In this document: positions 27,601-40,245 of the stretch, in pieces | Layout of the letters: every line of letters starts with the position of its first letter | Numbering within the stretch: position 1 is the stretch's first letter | Assembly (NCBI GenBank): GCA_973895155.1 | Contig: OZ316893.1 | Coordinates: 13,408,359 to 13,472,358, forward strand | Reading direction: 5' to 3' | Length of the DNA stretch: 64,000 bases | DNA from: Marsupella aquatica | Lineage: Eukaryota; Plantae; Marchantiophyta | The notes under the pieces: generated by a model | The model's database searches: none | Told to the model about the DNA's origin: nothing | The model's input: only the letters and a program-made list of their open reading frames with translations | Made by a program: the position numbers and the translations under genes

Positions 27601-30600
27601 ATGTGAAGTGTATTCCAACTGCATGCGAAATGGAATGATAAATTAAATGCGGTATACCGAATTATCTCGTTCCTTCATTCTGTCTCGTAAATTGTCCTTG
27701 ATAGAATCACGACTTCCATGACCATGCCTGTCGTCTGATTCTTCCTCGCCAACTGGTTCCCATCTACTTTTCATCCGCTTGTTTGGGCTGCTCTCAGGTT
27801 TAAATCCTGGAATGCCAGCATTTGCGCGCGGCAAAATCCTGCACAACGAGTGAAACTCAGAGATCTACACAATTTGAACACATCAACCCAGGTACAGCAC
27901 GCAGAGCCTATCGGCATATAGTTATTAATCATTGTCCTAAACTTATTTCATTTAGTATAGGTGCAGGAATACAAGATGCCAAATGAAGAGCTAGACAAAA
28001 TAAGTACTCTTTCCCAGTCGACGTTGACGGCATGCTTGGCAAAGGAAAAAGTGGCTCTGTATCCCAATCTTTGGTGAAAAGTGACCCATCTCGAGATGCT
28101 GCGGTAATCATCTGCAGAAAAATACGTAAAATCTTTATTACTAGACGCCCTTCCCCAAGGTTCCAAGATGTGATCACGATACTAAGCAGTTAAGGTCTCG
28201 TCGACTCAGAGCCCCAAGCACTGGCAGATTCCCTCTCCATCACAACACTACATAACCGAAAGGTACAATCTTGGTTCCATGATATCTTAAGAAAGTTGAA
28301 CAGAAGTATCCCTCCAATAGCTAAGTTGCCTCAAAGCTATGTTAGAAAATAATCAGCAATAGGGTGAGTTTGGCATTATACAAAGCTGGCATTCACGTCA
28401 AGCTCACCTCTTTCATGATGTCTTGGCAAGCCGACTTCTGAGATTCATCCTTGCAGCGAGCCAACGCCCTCTCCACATATGCTTTGAGAGAACTTGGGAA
28501 CATTCCAGGCTGCAAGCGACCAAACTGTCAGGCAACTGAAAGTTTTGTTTCACATTCTCCACCTTGAGATGTCGAAAGAGCCGGTATTTCCTGAAGTAAG
28601 AATATCAATACTACAAAAGAAAATACGCCAACTTGAGGCGGAGAAATGCAGGTGAAGCTTCACCTGCAGTGTTGCGTCAGCAACATCATCGGTAGAGAGC
28701 TTTCCTGTCCTCGCTCCAACACTTATATACGCAGGTTTTTGCGTGGACTCTTGACCAGGATTTCCCTTGCCAATGAAGTTTGGAGCGATCCTGGGGTTGG
28801 TAGGGATCTGTATCTTTCCTGATCTCCACTGTGGGCCTGTCTTCATCATTAGAGGTCCTGATGACTGGAAAACGTGCACAGGAGTCGTCTCCAACTGCGG
28901 TTGTTGTGTCTGACCATGCTGCCCTTGTAGTGGTTGTCCTTGCTGGAAATGAGTTGGTACCGGTGGCTGAGGTTTTAGACTTCCCATATTGCCTTGTTGT
29001 TGTAGACCTCCTTGAAAATGATTTTGGAGCATTGGGCGGTGAGGATCACCTTGTGAGTTCTGCATCTTTGAAGCATCCCAACTATTTCCCACCCTTGACA
29101 TGGCTGGATTTGCCTGCGTTCAAATACCATAAAGTTACAATTTCCATTTAACACGCGACCAGCTCTATTTAAGCCTGAACAAATTGCAGTTGCAGCTGAA
29201 ACCGCATGAAATGAGATATATACATGGAAACTGAATTGAGATTTGCTGCATGGAAAATTCACCTGAGAAGATGAGCCAAAAGATGGAGTATTAGGTTGCC
29301 AGGAAGGCTGAGTGCCGGGAGGAGGGGGCTGACTAGAAGCAGCAGATTGCGGCATTCCACCAGGTCCTTGTGCAACCACACTTGCATAAGTTGGCGGTGG
29401 AGTAGTTGACGAAGCAGTCCCAGGAACATTATCCGAGCTGGCCGGTGTGTTGCTTTGATTGCTAGCGTAGTAATTTTCCCATTGCGGTTGGTAATCCTGC
29501 TGATAATGATTTGCATTTGGTACAGCCCCAGAACCCACTGTATGATTTTGATCAGGGGGCGCAGAGTAGCCCCCGTAACCAGGATATCCACCATAGTTGT
29601 TCCCATAGCTGTTCTCACTCCAGGAGTTGGGGTGACCAGAGTAGCCTGAAGCTGGGTAACCTCCCGTGCTCTGATAGACACCAGCATTGTAATAAGTGCC
29701 TGTGTTCTGATAGGATGTGGAGTCTGTATACGAGCTGGTGCTCGGAAAGGAGCTAACAGGCGGATAAGGAGCAGCACCTGAATTTTGATACGGGGGCCCC
29801 ATGTTCTGAGAGTAAGAATCGTTACCTTGTTGCTGAGGATAGCCATAGTTATAACCCGCATAATTTCCGCTGCTCCCATACGCATACTGGTCCCCAGTGG
29901 CTGGATTGTAACCCGGATACGACTGCCCATAGTTGGCAGATCCATTTGCAGTGACATTTGATGGGGTAACTGAAGGACTAGAACCAGAACCATTGTTCAC
30001 CTGGCCATCCTGTCCACCATAATTCGGTTCCTGTACATTCTGCTGTTGGTGATTATAATAATTTGGATAAGATAACCCAGTGCCATCAGCTACCCTTGAT
30101 TCCGCTCCACCCGCAACAACTGCACTCCATGAAGGTAAAGAGGTGGACGGTTCTGGCGGCGGTGGTGGTTGAGGGGGCGGAACTGAAGGAAGAGGCGGCG
30201 GTCCTTGGTTGGTTGGAGCTTGGCCTCCTTGCTACTCATCCAAACAATTCCAAATGCACAAGTTTTACAGCCATGCACAATCCAGACAGGGAGCAAAAGC
30301 CAGAGTGACACCGCTGAAATGGTCAGGAGGTGAGCCAGGTGCCCTTTGTTTGAGGAAAACTAAATGCTATGATCAGATCATCATGCACAATATTGCAAAT
30401 TCCCATGACTAATCCGCCGGGGAATTTGAACCCAAGAAGTTCTACAGATGATCGAGCGCACCCCAACTCACCCTCGCTTAAAAAAATTGAAAAAGTACTG
30501 CGGGATTCGGCAATGGACGATGAGGTACGTGATGGCACCATCGTGAAGCAAATCAGTGTGAAATCCAAGAAGTGATAAATGAGTTTCATCGAAGAAGAAT

Positions 30601-31576
30601 CCATGACCCCTTTAATTAGCACAGGCAGGACGAACTTACGCCACAACTATTGTCAAATTCAATTGTCCTTCTATCTCCGTTCTAGCTACTAGGTTGACAA
30701 ATTGACCTAGAAAAGAGGAAAGAAGACTAGATCATCCCGAGGCGTCACTGCAACTCGTTCGACCTAGGGGCAGAAGCTGCCAACACTGGATCGATACTGC
30801 GCAGGAAGTAGACATCTCGAATCGACGGGAACACTAAACCATAATCTAAGAATACTGGAGTCCGCCTACAGACGAGGAGAAAATAACCATTGTACAGGAT
30901 TTACCAATCAAGACATGCCCCAGACGACTGGACATATCGGTATCGTTAGTCAGAGTGTCACTACAATTTTCTCGACCTAGAAGCAACACAGGACAGTACT
31001 GTACGCAAAATGAGACGAGAGTAGACATGCATAATCCAATGGTGTTCAAGCCTTACACCAGAAACCCAATCACGATGGAGTGTGGATACATATATCCACC
31101 ATAACACATCCGAGAGGAATACGGCGTACGAAGTGTCATAGCCCCGTGCCCATGGCGACTAGGATCTACCTACTACGAGTGAATCACTGCAATGTGATAT
31201 TAAAATGGCCCCTAAAGTATCCATTCACTCAATTTGACCATGCAACGACTGTTTCAAGCTTCCAGAGAAAAGGGAGAGAGGTACTCACTTGCTGGGACGG
31301 ATGAGAATGCTGCAAGCGTTGGGAAGGATAGTACCCTAGCCACGGCTGTGACCCTGGCGGTGCTGCTGCCGCACTAGTCGACTGCTCGCTTTGCTGTTGC
31401 TGTTGGTGCGTATTATTACTTTCTAAACCGGGAGGAGGTAAAGATTCTGGACGACTACCATAATTCCAGGGCTCATATTGAGCAGGAGTCCAAGTAGAGG
31501 CGGGCTCTGTGGGATAAGTGTTCTCAGCAGCCGGAGCTTGAAATGCTGGTCGCTTTTTGTCGAACTCGGACGCCAT
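24637..31576 (-). CDS. SAC3A: SAC3 family protein A (SAC3/GANP-PCI, LENG8/Thp3-like), 13 coding exons
   Basis: Exons 31576-31289, 30231-29263, 29113-28664, 28509-28408, 28111-28008, 27838-27658, 27331-26828, 26528-26388, 26272-26213, 26050-25920, 25607-25474, 25240-25008, 24735-24637 (TAG), all GT-AG with consistent phase. Motifs: [126 protein letters not shown]. Confidence 0.95.
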
Positions 31577-32659
31577 TTCAAAATTTTCCTTCGACGTACT
31601 TTATGAATCTGATGATGGAACGCTACCTCGTCCACATCCTGACAACCTTTATTCTGGGGAATGCCACTTGCTGTGGAGCTTCTAAGAGAAACCTTTCTAA
31701 GCCGACTCGAGCCTTTTCTCTAATAATTTACCAACTTCGGACACCTAACTTAGTCCTCTTTCAGTTTAGGGTTGTGAAAAAATTACCCTTGAACGCAGTA
31801 ATAGAAGAAGGCCTAGTCGTGAATCAACTGTACACCCACGCAGCCCTGCCACGAGGGCAGCCGTGCTCGAGACAATAATGGAAGTAAATAAACCCGACAC
31901 CAGCCACGTGAGATAACCCCTTCCCGGCGTACAGGGCGTCGAAGACCTCCTTCCGTCGCAAGCGTGAGGAAGAACAGCGAAATGACGATTCTCCCTCGCT
32001 AGTAAAGCTATTGGCGTCGTCCCGAACCCTAATTTCACCTTCCTCGAAACCCGGGGGCAACGCATGGGAGGGACTTGAAGATTTGCGGATAATATTTCCG
32101 TAGAAGGACAACAACAGTGGCAGCAGCAGCAGCAGCGGGACAGATTGCAAGAAGAGAATTCAGTGCTCATACTTCCTGCTGCTCATGTCTGTCGCTCGCT
32201 CGCTCGCTCCGTAGCTTCGTTCTCATGCATTCACTCACCTCTCTCCACTGCAAAAGGTCGGCAACACGCCACTCCTCCCTCCCTCCCTCCAAGAATAACA
32301 AAATTCCGAAAAAGCAGCGTCGTCGTCGCGCCGCAGAATTCCTGTCGGTCCGCAACAACTCAGCGAGTCCGGCAATCAATCTACTCTCCTTCTTCTTCGC
32401 CCCTCGTCCCGACGCCCTCGCACTCATCATACAGATCCTGCGCATATCGACGAGTTGAATCCATCCGCTTCTGCCGTGTGATACTGTGATGTTCCTTGCT
32501 ACCACTTCTTTGCTTCTGCCAGCGAGCTAGCTTGCTGGAGCAAGCAAGCATGCGGTGCGTCTGCCGGTTTTGATTGACTTCCTTTCCCTTTCCCTGTGTC
32601 AAGGACGGGACCTTAATGCCCGATGTTTGCTGAGTTCGAAGATGCTTCCGACCGAATTC

Positions 32660-32818
32660 GCAGACGAACGAGACGAGACGAGACGAGAGGAGAGGAGAGG
32701 AGAGAGGAAAGGAGAGAGGACAGGAGAGAGGGGAGGAGAGAGACGAGACGGACGTCCGACAGAGCGTCGACGTGGCCGCGCGCAGGTAGCTACTAGACTA
32801 GACTAGACTAGACTAGAG
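32660..32818. repeat. GA-rich and (CTAGA)n simple repeats upstream of SAC3A (probable promoter/5' UTR zone)
   Basis: GAGAC/GAGAG tracts at 32670-32750 and (CTAGA)x5 at about 32793-32817; they read CT-rich on the SAC3A sense strand. Confidence 0.7.
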
Positions 32819-33228
32819 CCATGGTATTATGGTAAGTGGCACACATTTACTTTTCTTGTTTTTAAACATTAGCCAAGGTGCCTACTATTTTACCCTGCAT
32901 ACAAGCGAGCAAGAGCCATGGAACGTGGCACCAATTTTTTTTTCTTGTTTTCAAACATTAGCCACGGTGGCTGCTATTTTACTCGCTATTTTACCCTACG
33001 TACAAGCAAGAGCCATGGTAAGTGGCACCCATTTTTTTTCTTGTTTTTAAACATTAGCCACGGTGGCTGCTACTTTACTCGCTATTTTAGCCTACGTACA
33101 AGCAAGAGCCATGTTAAGTGGCACCCGTTTAAGTTTTTTAAACATTAGCCAAGGTGGCTAATATTTTACCCTACATATATGCAAGCCATTGTAAGTGGCA
33201 CCCAATTTTTTCTTGTTTTTAAACATTA
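32816..33228. repeat. Tandem repeat, about 97-bp unit, 4.5 copies
   Basis: Unit GAGCCATGGTAAGTGGCAC...TTTTAAACATTAGCCA.GGTGGC...TTTTACCCTAC.TACAAGCAA starting near 32816, 32913, 33010, 33106 and 33183. Confidence 0.88.
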
Positions 33229-33758
33229 GATACTAGGAGTCTTCTTAGATTAAATTTTAATAGCCGGTAACATCTACGGGTCAGAAACTATGGGACACAA
33301 CAGTATTCTGTTTATTTGACCAATAGATCTCCTAGATAACTGTCTACTTTGCCGGTGTTTCACTGATACATGTGTTTGTAGCCTGTTTCAAAGGAAAACA
33401 TCATTTTCCTGGCATTACTCTTTACAGTATTTAGTCTCACGAAACAATTAGTGTCACACACACTAATTAGGGGTATCCCTTGATTTTCAGTCAACTGACA
33501 CTATTTACTGTCACCTTCAATTTTGAAAAAATATATATATATTTAAAACTATCGATAATTAGAGATAACAATATAATTGGTGGTAACCCTAAACTAGACT
33601 CACTCCAAAGTTATCCAGACTTTCAATGACATCTCTATGTGCGTATGTTTTTAGAAAATTTCCTTTGTATTTTACTGGTCAGTCTTTGTGAAAGGAGAGT
33701 AACAGGGGGGATAACATGGCGGGATATGGATCGCCCATCATAGCTGGATTTGCTAGTG

Positions 33759-34102
33759 TGTTGAGCAAAGACGACATTCGCAACGGCAAGCCCATGAACC
33801 ATCCAACGCACAATAGTCGACACAGAGAGATACGTGGTTCACCTCCACATGAGGCTACGTCCACGGGAACACACAAGAGCTTTACTGCACTCTAGGCTGA
33901 CCGGCCATACCAAGCATCCACAGCACAAGCTCTCCCTATCTCTCAACTAGCTCTGTAACAATGAGCCTAAGTTCCACCAAGGTCTGGCATCAGCCCTGGC
34001 TATATGCACAACAGCACTAGCGCTAACATTAGCTAAGTCCTAACCCGAGTTAGACTAACTGTGGTTAGCTCATGAGTCACAAGACTAGAGCAATATCTAA
34101 CA
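33759..34102 (-). repeat. copia 3' LTR
   Basis: TGTTGAGC...CTAACA; differs from 40246-40589 at 5 positions by my count, all transitions; polypurine tract adjacent at about 34105-34113. Confidence 0.95.
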
Positions 34103-34309
34103 AACTCCCCCTTGACTCTTGTCTTGGGGACTAGACTAAATGCTACCATATGGAATCCTCAGCGGGAAGTTCTAGACAATCACCAAACCAGGTCTTCCCC
34201 TAAAAACCACAAGGGTTAACTAAGGGTTAACTAGAACTAAGCCGTAGCCAAACAGGAATGAGTAATCCATATACAAATAGTGACACATTGCTAAATAACT
34301 CTACTTGCA

Positions 34310-37300
34310 CTACAATTGCAATACCTGCAAAGTAGCACGGTATCTTGAGAAACTCTCCAAAGGAATCACTTTGGTAAAGGCATCAGCGGGATTGAACTTT
34401 CCATCAATCTTGACTAGCTCAAAAGTTTTATCAGACACTGCTTGCCTGATAAAATGGTACCTGATATCAATGTGCTTCACCCTACTATCCATCACCTGGT
34501 TAGCAGCCAAGTGAAGTGCACTCTGACTATCACAGTTTAGAGTCATTTTGCCATGCTCTAAACCCATCTCCGCGATCAACTTGTCCAACCAAATCGCTTC
34601 CTTTGCTACTTCTGCTGCCGCAACATATTCTGCTTTTGTAGTAGTCTAAGAAATGCACTTCTGCAAGGTAGATTTCCAACTGATACATCCTCCTCCAAGA
34701 GTGTATACAAACCCAGTTGTAGACCTCCTTGTATCCAGACAGTCTCCATAGTCAGAATCTACATAGCCAACTAACGTTCTATTTGATCTGTTATCAAATA
34801 GTAATCCATAGTCCTGTGTTCCCTTCACATACCTGAGAATCCATTTCACAGCTTCCCAATGTACGTTCCCTGGATTTGACATGAATCTGCTAACCTTGCC
34901 CATCGCTAGGGCCAAGTCAGGCCTAGTACAAGTCATTAAATACATCAGACTGCCTACTGCCTTCTCATAAGGAATCTTAGCCATCAGACCTTTCTCCACA
35001 GCATCCGTAGGAGAGAAAGTCGATGATAACTTGAAATGTGAAGCTAAAGGAATACTCACTGGCTTACAGTTCTCCATGTTGAATCGTGCAAGTACTTTCC
35101 TCGCATACTGGCCTTGACTCAAGCACAACTGTCCAGTCTCAGAGTTCCTAAAAATCTCCATCCCTAAGATCCTCTTGGCCTTACCAAGATCCTTCATCCT
35201 GAATTCAGCGCTCAATTTCGCCTTGAGACTGTCAACCTCAGATTGATCTTTAGCCACAATTAGCATGTCATCCACATAGATCACCAGAATGATGAAACCA
35301 AATACATCATTCTTGACTGATTTCGTATACACACAAGGATCATACACCATCCTTGTAAAACCTTGAGCAAGCATGAAATCATCAAACCGCTTGTTCCACT
35401 GTCTGGGAGACTGCTTCAATCCATACAAGGATTTGAGCAATCTGCAAACTAAGTTCTCTTGGCCCTTCTTCATAAAGCCTAGTGGTTGTCTCATGAAGAT
35501 CATCTCTTCCAAGTTGCCATAGAGAAAAGCAGTAACAACATCCATCTGATCCATCACCAGATTAAAAAACACAACAAGCTGACACAAGATCCAAATTCTG
35601 GAATACTTAGCCACCGGTGAAAAGACCTCATTGTAATCCACTCATTTCTCCTGAGTGAACCCCTTGGCAACAAGCCTTGCCTTGTAGATCTTATCTCCAC
35701 CCTCTGAAGGACTGTCCTTCAACTTGTAAATTCACTTGCTGTCCACCACTTGTTGACCTCTTGGAAGCTCCACCAGCTCCCATGTCTTGTTGTCACTCAA
35801 AGATTGCAACTCCCTCTGCATTGCTGCATTCCACTCATGTTCTGCTCTGAAGCACAAGCCTCACTATACGAAGAAGGCTCTCCTTCTTCCAAGATCAAAG
35901 TCATATCATCTTCATCAGGTGCAATGTCAATATCATCTAGCTTAGATGAGTCTGCCCATTGACCATACCTGGTAGGAGCTCTAGTAGAACGACTGGAAGT
36001 TCTTCTAGTAGATGACTCAGGCTGATCTGTTGCTGCTGCTGGTTGAATTTGAGGTACCCCAACAACAATTTGCTCCTCTTGTTCCATCACAGGAACCAAC
36101 TCCAAGCCCGGAGCTTCTCCATCTCTCCTGTCATGAACTGCATCATGACTAATCTCCCCCTCAACCCGGTCCGGGATGAGAGATTTCCCCTTGTCAGTGT
36201 GGGAGTCCTGAGAACTCTCCCCCTCCTGATGATCTGGATTCATTAAAGGACACATCTCTACTGACAATTAGCTTACAGGTTACTGGATCCCATAACCTAT
36301 AACCCTTAACACCTTTCTGATAACCAAGGAAAATGCACTTCTTCGACTTGGACTCCAACTTGGATCGAAGTTGGGAAGGTGTAAGCACATAAGCATCACA
36401 TCCAAAAATCCTCAGATGTGAATAATCTGTTGGACGCCCGTACCTCATTTCAAATGGCGTCTTGAATCCAATAGAACTGGATGAAGAAAAATTTATCAAA
36501 TAAGCTGCAGTGTTGACAGCTTCAGCCCAAAACTCATGTGGTAAGCATGATTGACTCAACATACTCCTCGAGCGGTCCAATAGTGTTCGGTTGAGTCTCT
36601 CAGAAACACCATTCTGCTGAGGAATATAGCTTGTTGTGAGATAGCGGGTAATCCCCTGCTCCTTACAATACGTTCCAAATTCACCGGAACTGTATTCACC
36701 GTCGTTATTCGATCGAAGATATCTCACTTTATTACCAGTCTGATTTTCAACTTGGGCCTTCCACTCCTTAAAAGTGGCAAAAACATCAGACTTATTGTGT
36801 AGAAAGTATATCCACACATACCTTGAGTAATCATCAATGAACATGACATAGTATAACCGTCCAGAATGTGAGGGAGTAGGGGCGGGACCCCACACATCAC
36901 TATGTACATACTCAAGTACCTCCTTGCTGGTGTGAGTTCCAACTCCGAAGCGTTTCTTGTGCTGCTTCCCTAGCACACAGTGCTCACAAAATTCCAACTT
37001 ACAAGATTGCAAATTAGAAAGTAATCCTTTCTTCTGAAGAATAACCAAACCTTTTTCACTCATGTGGTCCAAACGGAAGTGCCACAACCGGGCCGTCTCC
37101 TCATGAGATAAGGTTACATTGGCTTCATCATAGACTACACTGCCATCCATAACGTATAGATTGCAATGTCTCTTTCCCTTCAATACAACTTTAGTACCAC
37201 TTGAAACCTGAAGGACACCATTAGCAGAACTCCACTGATGGCCATTTGCCTCTAAAACTCCAAGTGAAATGAGATTTTTCATCATGCTGGGAATATGTCT

Positions 37301-37507
37301 CACAGCACCATCAAACATCTGAAATCTTACAGATCTAAGTCCAACAACTTGACATGGGATTCCATTTCCCATCAACACTGACCCGTTGGAAATCGTGTAA
37401 GAACTGAAACAATCTCTTCTAGAGCAAATGTGAAAAGTACATGCACTATCTAGAATCCAGTCATCACTACCTGGATTTGACACTACGTTGAGAGCATAAC
37501 CTTGACA
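34310..37507 (-). pseudogene. copia pol (protease, GAG-pre-integrase/integrase, RT, RNase H) with stops and frameshifts
   Basis: WILDSACTFH (PR); LWH.RL.HMSE and CEHCVLGK; VHSDVWGP, QQNGVSERLNRT (INT); QMDVVTAFL, LYGLKQSPRQW, YVDDMLI (RT); YVDSDY, KHIDIRYHFIR, NPADAFTK (RH). Stops at 35732-35734 (in place of W), 35642-35644 and 34646-34648; frameshifts near 36230 and 35835. Confidence 0.93.
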
Positions 37508-38572
37508 TCACAATATGTCATCATCATCGAGTAAATCTACCTCATGCAAGCTCAATGCTGCGTTAGCAGAGGTAGTAGGGACCTTTACTCGACAATCCCT
37601 TTTCATGTGGCTTGGCTTGCCACAATTCCAACATGCAAGAGGCTTCCTCTCTTGCGATTTTCCTCTGGATTTAGATCTCCCCCGTGATGTAGATCTAAAC
37701 CTGTTCTGCCCATTCGTGCGCTGCGTTGCTCTTCCCCTGTTCACATTGAGCGCAATGCCAGAAGAAGATGCTGTCTGTGATTGACCCAGCTTCTTCTGAG
37801 CATCATCAGACAGTAAAGAGCTTACCACCTCATTATATGAAATGGACTTCAGATCTTTGTACAAGAGCACCTGTTTCAAGCCCTGATATGACGGCGATAA
37901 GGAGCTTAGCAGAAGCAAGGCCTTATCCTCATCTTCAACTCCTTTTCCCAGGTTTGACAGATCAACCGCTAGACTGTCAAACTCATCCAGGTGATCCTGC
38001 ATCTTGCTCCCTTCCTTGAGCCTGAGGCTCATCAAGAGAGACTTCTTGTACAGCCGGTCTGACGCATCTTCCCGGTAGTACTTCTCTCTTAGAGCCTTGA
38101 ATAGTGATGCGCAATCTGCATAATCATCCAGTTGCTTGATGATGTGCGGCTTGAGATATAGCATCACTGCATTGACAACAATCACCTTCTCCTGTCTCCA
38201 TTGCCTCACTGAAATCTCCTCCTCTCCATCATACTGCTCTCGCGATGAAAGCAGATGAGCTAAGCCCATGGCCCGTAGAACACCCTTCACTTGCTTCTCC
38301 CAGAGCAAGTAATCAGTACGACCATCGTACTTCTCCACCTCAAACTTCACTCCTCCAAATCTAGCCATCTCCCTCTTCTTCCCTACTACCGACAGCTCTG
38401 GTAGTAACACAACTTCCTCCACTGCACGTCGCACCGGTGATCGTATCGGTGTTATAAGTTCCTCCTCAAACGGTAGCAGCTCCTCCTCAGACTCTCCGTC
38501 TGATCGTCGCAATCCTAAAGCTCCACCGACGCCAATTCTTCCAGTATCCTTCGAGTCACTCATATGAAACAA
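37508..38572 (-). CDS. copia gag (intact ORF, CCHC zinc knuckle)
   Basis: MARFGGVKFEVEKYDGRTDYLLW (ATG 38368) typical copia gag start, DKALLLLSSLSPSY, CWNCGKPSHMKRDC; ends in TGA at 37508-37510. The ORF is also open for about 68 codons upstream of 38368. Confidence 0.9.
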   Translation of the reverse strand: MFHMSDSKDTGRIGVGGALGLRRSDGESEEELLPFEEELITPIRSPVRRAVEEVVLLPELSVVGKKREMARFGGVKFEVEKYDGRTDYLLWEKQVKGVLRAMGLAHLLSSREQYDGEEEISVRQWRQEKVIVVNAVMLYLKPHIIKQLDDYADCASLFKALREKYYREDASDRLYKKSLLMSLRLKEGSKMQDHLDEFDSLAVDLSNLGKGVEDEDKALLLLSSLSPSYQGLKQVLLYKDLKSISYNEVVSSLLSDDAQKKLGQSQTASSSGIALNVNRGRATQRTNGQNRFRSTSRGRSKSRGKSQERKPLACWNCGKPSHMKRDCRVKVPTTSANAALSLHEVDLLDDDDIL

Positions 38573-40231
38573 TCACGAAAAAATGTCTTTTTTCAAAACT
38601 TCTCATAAAACTCAAAACTCAACACCGCCGCGTAGCCCACGAAGCTAGGAGTCCAATACTGAAAGTCGAAATCAAAATCAAAATTCGACGGAAAAGTTAT
38701 TCAAATTTTGGTCGGGGTGGGTAAAACCTTGGGAAACTCCCCCGTTTTGACCACCTCGGAGAATAACCAAAAAACCCAGTACAACCCGTCGTCGGAATCG
38801 CAATGTGATCGGTGCGCCGCGTTGCTAACTCCAGTGGCAACGTCCTCACCGAAAAAGAACCAAAAAAGTTACCGTTCGGCGGACAGAATCTTTGTCGGAC
38901 GGCCAAAAAAAAGCTCTCTGTTTTTTTTAGGAATATTCCCGCACAGTCCAACAGGTCTCACAGGGGTCGTTCCCCCTGTCGGAGCGGTTAAAACGGAGGG
39001 TCACCAGTCCCGGGATAGCCAATTAAAAGAGCAGGGAAGAAAAGACCAAAAAAAAGGCCTTAAAAGGGGGTGTTAAAGCCCCTTAGCAAAAAATACGCCC
39101 CAAAACACGCATCCGCGTCGCGCGACGCGAGGCGGGCCAGGGGGCGTACAGGGTATAGAGGTGGGGGCCGGGAGTAAATGTTGCGTTGTGCACCGAGGAG
39201 GGGCGCCGGCGGGAGGGTGAGATGGGACGACGGGCGAGGCGTCCCGCAGGCAGCCGGGCGCGAACGGGGTAACGTCGGGGTAAGGGTGCGGGCGCTAAAG
39301 GCAGGGCCGGGGTTACGGCTAAGCTGGGAGGGAGTCGGGCCTCGCGAAGGGTGAGGTGCGGGGCGCGCGCCGGCCGGCGCTGCGGACCCCGCCAAAAAAA
39401 AAAAAACTGGGTGAGATAAGAGGGGAGGTGGGCGCGCGTATGTACTCGGCCAAAAACCAGGCCGATACGAGACCGAAACAAGGTGTGTATACACCTCGTT
39501 AACAAATGACCTAAAACCCCCTTTAAAACGCAAAAAAAACTTCCCCGAGAGTAAGTGAAGGTTTAACTCACCTAATTGCTGCCAATTTAAGTGAGGAAAG
39601 TGAACGCCGCTGAGGGGAAAAGTTTCTGAATTTCATCGGCACAGTCTGCAGCTCCAGCAGAGTATAAAATTGCTGTCGCGTCGCCTTCACTCCGCGTCAA
39701 GTGCCAATCCTGGGCTCAAAACGACCGCCTCACCGCGATCAAACCGTTGAGTCGTGGCACTTCGCGTCTCTTCCACCGAGTCGGATGTCACAAAGAAAAA
39801 CCCGGTTCAGATGAGAACAAGCTCCATAGCTTGTGTAAAACCTAAACGCCTCTGTCACTCGTCACGTCGCACTCGGTAACAACTCGACAACAATCCACCT
39901 ACCGAAACGACCAGCTCGCTTCAACCTTCAACTTAAGCTATAATGTGCGATCTCCCGAACACCGCACAACTCACACCGTTGAAAAACGTGAACTCTGGTC
40001 ACTCCCCCGAAAACCCGTCGAACACGAATAAAACCTGAACGACGCAAACTTCAATTCCTCCGCACCACGGATACAGATCAGCAAGTTCTAATCACCGTTA
40101 GAAAGCCCTCTCACTAACCTATCCGCTCAGCCACACACATTTGAGTTTCATGCGACAAAACTCCAAATGTACCATCGACAATGAACGCTGGAAAAACCTG
40201 TCATGAAAAAACCTCGTCACCTCCCAGGCAT

Positions 40232-40243
40232 GCTCTGATACCA
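40232..40243 (-). promoter_or_regulatory. Primer binding site (initiator tRNA-Met)
   Basis: Minus strand TGGTATCAGAGC, 2 nt inside the 5' LTR boundary. Confidence 0.95.
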
Positions 40244-40245
40244 CT

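Noticed and set aside
29259-29993. 244-aa alternative-frame ORF within SAC3A exon 2
   Set aside because: By-product of low-complexity codon usage; the splice phases select the other frame.
31766-32806. Cluster of 70-134 aa ORFs upstream of SAC3A
   Set aside because: GC-rich leader/promoter with simple repeats; no protein-like signal. uORFs cannot be judged without the TSS.
32816-33228. Regularly spaced repeats resembling a CRISPR array
   Set aside because: The whole unit is repeated with no variable spacers and no cas genes.
39060-39533. 157-aa and 140-aa Pro/Arg-rich ORFs in the copia leader (possible extra gene)
   Set aside because: Explained by high GC content suppressing stop codons; no motifs.
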